DNA of 26,962 bases from an uncultured Halanaerobiales bacterium (lineage in GTDB: Bacteria; Bacillota; Halanaerobiia; Halanaerobiales; JADQBU01): assembly GCA_964427565.1 (NCBI GenBank), contig CAYRVO010000001.1:1-26962 (forward strand), written 5' to 3'. Both the position numbers and the translations under genes were made by a program. Of the stretch, positions 25,301-26,962 are shown piece after piece. Below the pieces are notes generated by a model. The model was not told the origin of the DNA and searched no databases. It worked only from the letters and a program-made list of their open reading frames with translations. Within the stretch, counting starts at the first letter, position 1. Each line of letters opens with the position of its first letter.

Positions 25301-25906
25301 GGTGCTGAAAGAGAATATAATAAATTGAAAAAAAGGGTAGATTATCTGATAAGTCAAAAGCAGGATTTATTGCAGGCCAAAGAGTCAATTAATAAAGTAA
25401 TTGCAGAAATAGAGGATACAATGGGAAACTTGTTTTATAAATCATATACTAATGTTAAAGAAAAATTCGAGAATATTTTTAATGAATTATTTTCAGGTGG
25501 TAAAGCTCAATTAAGTCTAACAGAACCCGATAAATTATTGACTACAGGAGTAGAAATCAGTGCTCAACCCCCAGGTAAGAAGCTAAAAAAATTATCATTA
25601 ATGTCCGGTGGAGAAAGAGCTTTGACAGCAATTGCGCTTGTTTTTGCTTTTCTAAATGTAAGTCCTAGTCCCTTTTATATACTTGATGAAATAGATGCCC
25701 CACTGGATGATGCAAATGTTGATAGATTCGGTAGATTTATATCTAAGTACGCTAAATTTGCCCAATTTGTTATAATTACCCACCGTAAGCATATGATGAC
25801 CAGGGCCGATACTATATATGGTGTTACTATGCAGGAAATGGGTATATCAAGGCTGGTTTCTTTAAATATGAATTCTCAGGGAGGCAAAATATATGAATAT
25901 ATTTAA
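22334..25906 (+). CDS. smc: Chromosome segregation protein SMC
   Basis: About 1190 aa from ATG 22334 (SD GAGGTG); Walker A GPNGSGKSN, hinge GYATFLP and GEIIRTGGAMSGG, signature MSGGE, ILDEIDAPLD. Confidence 0.97.
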   Translation: MFLKKLKINGFKSFARPIKIEFNSPLTAIVGPNGSGKSNIVDAIRWVLGEQSAKMLRGKTMADIIFSGSKNHKPLQKASVYLYLDNSDHTLEVESNEVIIGRRVTKDGESDYLLNGNVCRLKDIKKLLLGTGLGKDLYSIVGQGKIDSIINSKPAKLRELFEEAAGISRHKMRKEEAEKRLQKTSQNLQRINDLINELKKQLRPLKKEAEKAKKHEKIKAKLKKMEINLFMDKWEENKVEFSSVKMNKKFLQEKLEYNQEELQKLKDNIEENNKIIEKKKKLMARKKEKLFNLRSRKDELKNKVTLYKERKNNIIDNIDSINNWKENIITKKDEIKVNINELKDKRKKSENKKETLQKKIKSEKAQLKKYRENVEDLKEELNNYQDELIIGKENIKDIKYEMERVKEKINYIQENKQNLENEQKMISKKINMRKKNREKVKTELRSLVKKRETIEKENNNLPETRQKKIDLCEKKEDELERLNNKLQDKISRLNILREMDDSYNGYYYGVKNVLQANDKFEGIKGIVANLINVKKDYVQAVETALGAKMQNLVVDNDHTAGNIIKHLKRNKLGYATFLPVNLINGKKIILDNNIKDIEGYSGIASNFVEHKNYLQGIVDYLLGNIIITRDIDSAAEITKKINSRYKIVTLAGEIIRTGGAMSGGSKKTAKKSLISRSQEKKKLAAVIEKLKNEVNRKRHKISKIKIEIEKLEDNMNQNREMIHRLELDESSVQADLKGLNSDIYKLEKTKENNDNKIKIDNKELGKLNNRREKLISKIDESDNNSKEQEIINKLKKRINKLEENINTVNKKITDVKVKIATEKQKLESFKTERKKMKEKINSYNNKFKDKNKKIKNKKEELENIESKLDDVKSELLNYRQRIKNTDNDIPAMKQKIEEKDKKLDELINQKQNKEQEIEKIKDQIHKIELKLNRLENKRHNIKQKLEEDYQLNPEKDNPDNRIKITDYKNVKNKINEFKKTIKAMGMVNRGAEREYNKLKKRVDYLISQKQDLLQAKESINKVIAEIEDTMGNLFYKSYTNVKEKFENIFNELFSGGKAQLSLTEPDKLLTTGVEISAQPPGKKLKKLSLMSGGERALTAIALVFAFLNVSPSPFYILDEIDAPLDDANVDRFGRFISKYAKFAQFVIITHRKHMMTRADTIYGVTMQEMGISRLVSLNMNSQGGKIYEYI

Positions 25907-26834
25907 AACAGATAGTAAAGATAATGATGGATTATTCAAAAGGCTTAAGTCGGGCTTAAAAAAAACAAGGGCAGGATTTGTAGATAAAGTAACAAATCTA
26001 TTCAGTGGTTATAGTAAAATTGATGATGATCTATACGAAGACCTTGAAGAATTATTAATTCAGGCTGATGTAGGTGTTCATACAACAATGACTCTGGTCG
26101 AAGATTTAAGAGAAAGGGCGGAAGAAGAAAAAATTGATAGTCCGGAGGAATTAAATAATATTTTTCAGGAAGAAATACGTAAAATTTTACAGGACGAAGA
26201 GCAACAGCTAGCAATAAAGCAGGGACTTAATATAATGATTGTAGTTGGTGTTAACGGTTCAGGTAAAACAACTACAATTGCTAAACTGGCTAGAAGAATA
26301 AAAGATAGAGATAAAAAGGTTATTCTGGCAGCAGGGGATACTTTCAGGGCGGCAGCTATTGACCAATTACAGATCTGGGCCCAGAGGCTAGGAGTAGATA
26401 TTATTGCCCAGAATGAAAATGCTGATTCAGCAGCAGTTGCCTATGATGCTGTACAATCTGCAAAGTCAAAAGATGCTGATTTTTTAATTATTGACACTGC
26501 CGGGCGTTTGCATACCCAGAAAAATTTAATGAAGGAATTAAAAAAAGTTAAAAGAGTTGTAAAACAGGAAGCAGGAAAAGCCGAGGTGCAGGTATTACTG
26601 GTTCTAGATGCCACAAACGGTCAAAATGCAATTTCACAGGCTAAGTTATTTAATGAAGCAGTAGAGGTTGATGGAATAGCCTTGACTAAATTAGATGGAA
26701 CTGCAAAAGGTGGTATTGTAGTAGCAATAAAAAATGAACTGGGTATTCCTATAAAATTAATTGGTGTTGGTGAAGACGCCGAAGATTTACAGGATTTTAA
26801 TCCGGACGAGTTTGTAGAGGCTTTATTTATGTGA
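25893..26834 (+). CDS. ftsY: Signal recognition particle receptor FtsY
   Basis: 313 aa; GVNGSGKTTT, DTFRAAA, DTAGR, TKLDGTAKGG. Confidence 0.97.
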   Translation: MNIFKTDSKDNDGLFKRLKSGLKKTRAGFVDKVTNLFSGYSKIDDDLYEDLEELLIQADVGVHTTMTLVEDLRERAEEEKIDSPEELNNIFQEEIRKILQDEEQQLAIKQGLNIMIVVGVNGSGKTTTIAKLARRIKDRDKKVILAAGDTFRAAAIDQLQIWAQRLGVDIIAQNENADSAAVAYDAVQSAKSKDADFLIIDTAGRLHTQKNLMKELKKVKRVVKQEAGKAEVQVLLVLDATNGQNAISQAKLFNEAVEVDGIALTKLDGTAKGGIVVAIKNELGIPIKLIGVGEDAEDLQDFNPDEFVEALFM

Positions 26835-26917
26835 ATCTTAATACAGAGCTGATATTTTTTAGCTAAAAGAGCCCTATCTAAAAGATTATTAGATAAGGCA
26901 TAATTTCCCCAATATCC

Positions 26918-26946
26918 TTGACAAATTAATTAATTTTAGTTATACT
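26918..26946 (+). promoter_or_regulatory. sigmaA promoter for the next gene outside the window
   Basis: TTGACA (26918-26923) - N17 - TATACT (26941-26946). ylxM-ffh commonly follows ftsY. Confidence 0.75.
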
Positions 26947-26962
26947 ATCATCTGTAAAGTTA

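Noticed and set aside
22950-25330. Very A-rich, Lys/Asn/Glu-rich stretches in smc resembling repeats or foreign DNA
   Set aside because: They are the two coiled-coil arms; the frame is uninterrupted despite many A runs, and no discrete repeat unit is present.
2075-26214. Short antisense or nested ORFs in the track (2075, 2972, 4218, 6236, 7255, 7281, 9745, 10269, 11830, 19653, 21135, 22309, 23569, 26002)
   Set aside because: All overlap well-supported genes, lack SD and motifs, and show the Phe/Ile/Leu/Ser bias expected from the reverse of A-rich coding DNA.
1-26962. CRISPR arrays, tRNA/rRNA genes, IS elements, integrases
   Set aside because: No repeat-spacer periodicity, cloverleaf, terminal inverted repeats or transposase motifs; intergenic gaps are all under about 400 nt and mostly accounted for.

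Overview
Low-GC clostridial-type Firmicute core-genome window dominated by sporulation and chromosome-maintenance genes. No rRNA, tRNA, CRISPR or mobile element was seen. Gene order: a divergent, truncated ABC substrate-binding gene (minus strand), then punA-pdp, dacF, a nicotinate-phosphoribosyltransferase-like gene, spoIIAA-spoIIAB-sigF, an unannotated small membrane ORF, spoVAC-spoVAD (frameshifted)-spoVAE-spoVAF, three uncharacterised Fe-S dehydratase/activase-like genes, a C26 amidotransferase-like gene, a CBS/tRNA nucleotidyltransferase, a site-2 protease, scpA-scpB, ytfI-like/ytfJ, dacB, rluB, spoVS, smc and ftsY. The most interesting signals are: (1) a compact leader switch upstream of the ABC gene, with a terminator, a competing strand, an anti-SD and a Tyr-Tyr micro-ORF but no T-box; (2) an ATP-driven radical dehydratase/reductase-like trio apparently in the spoVA transcription unit; (3) four sigmaH-type promoters, two in front of non-sporulation enzymes; (4) a -1 frameshift in spoVAD at an A9 run, and a dacB read-through that one extra A would also repair. 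Family assignments rest on recalled motifs, not database searches.
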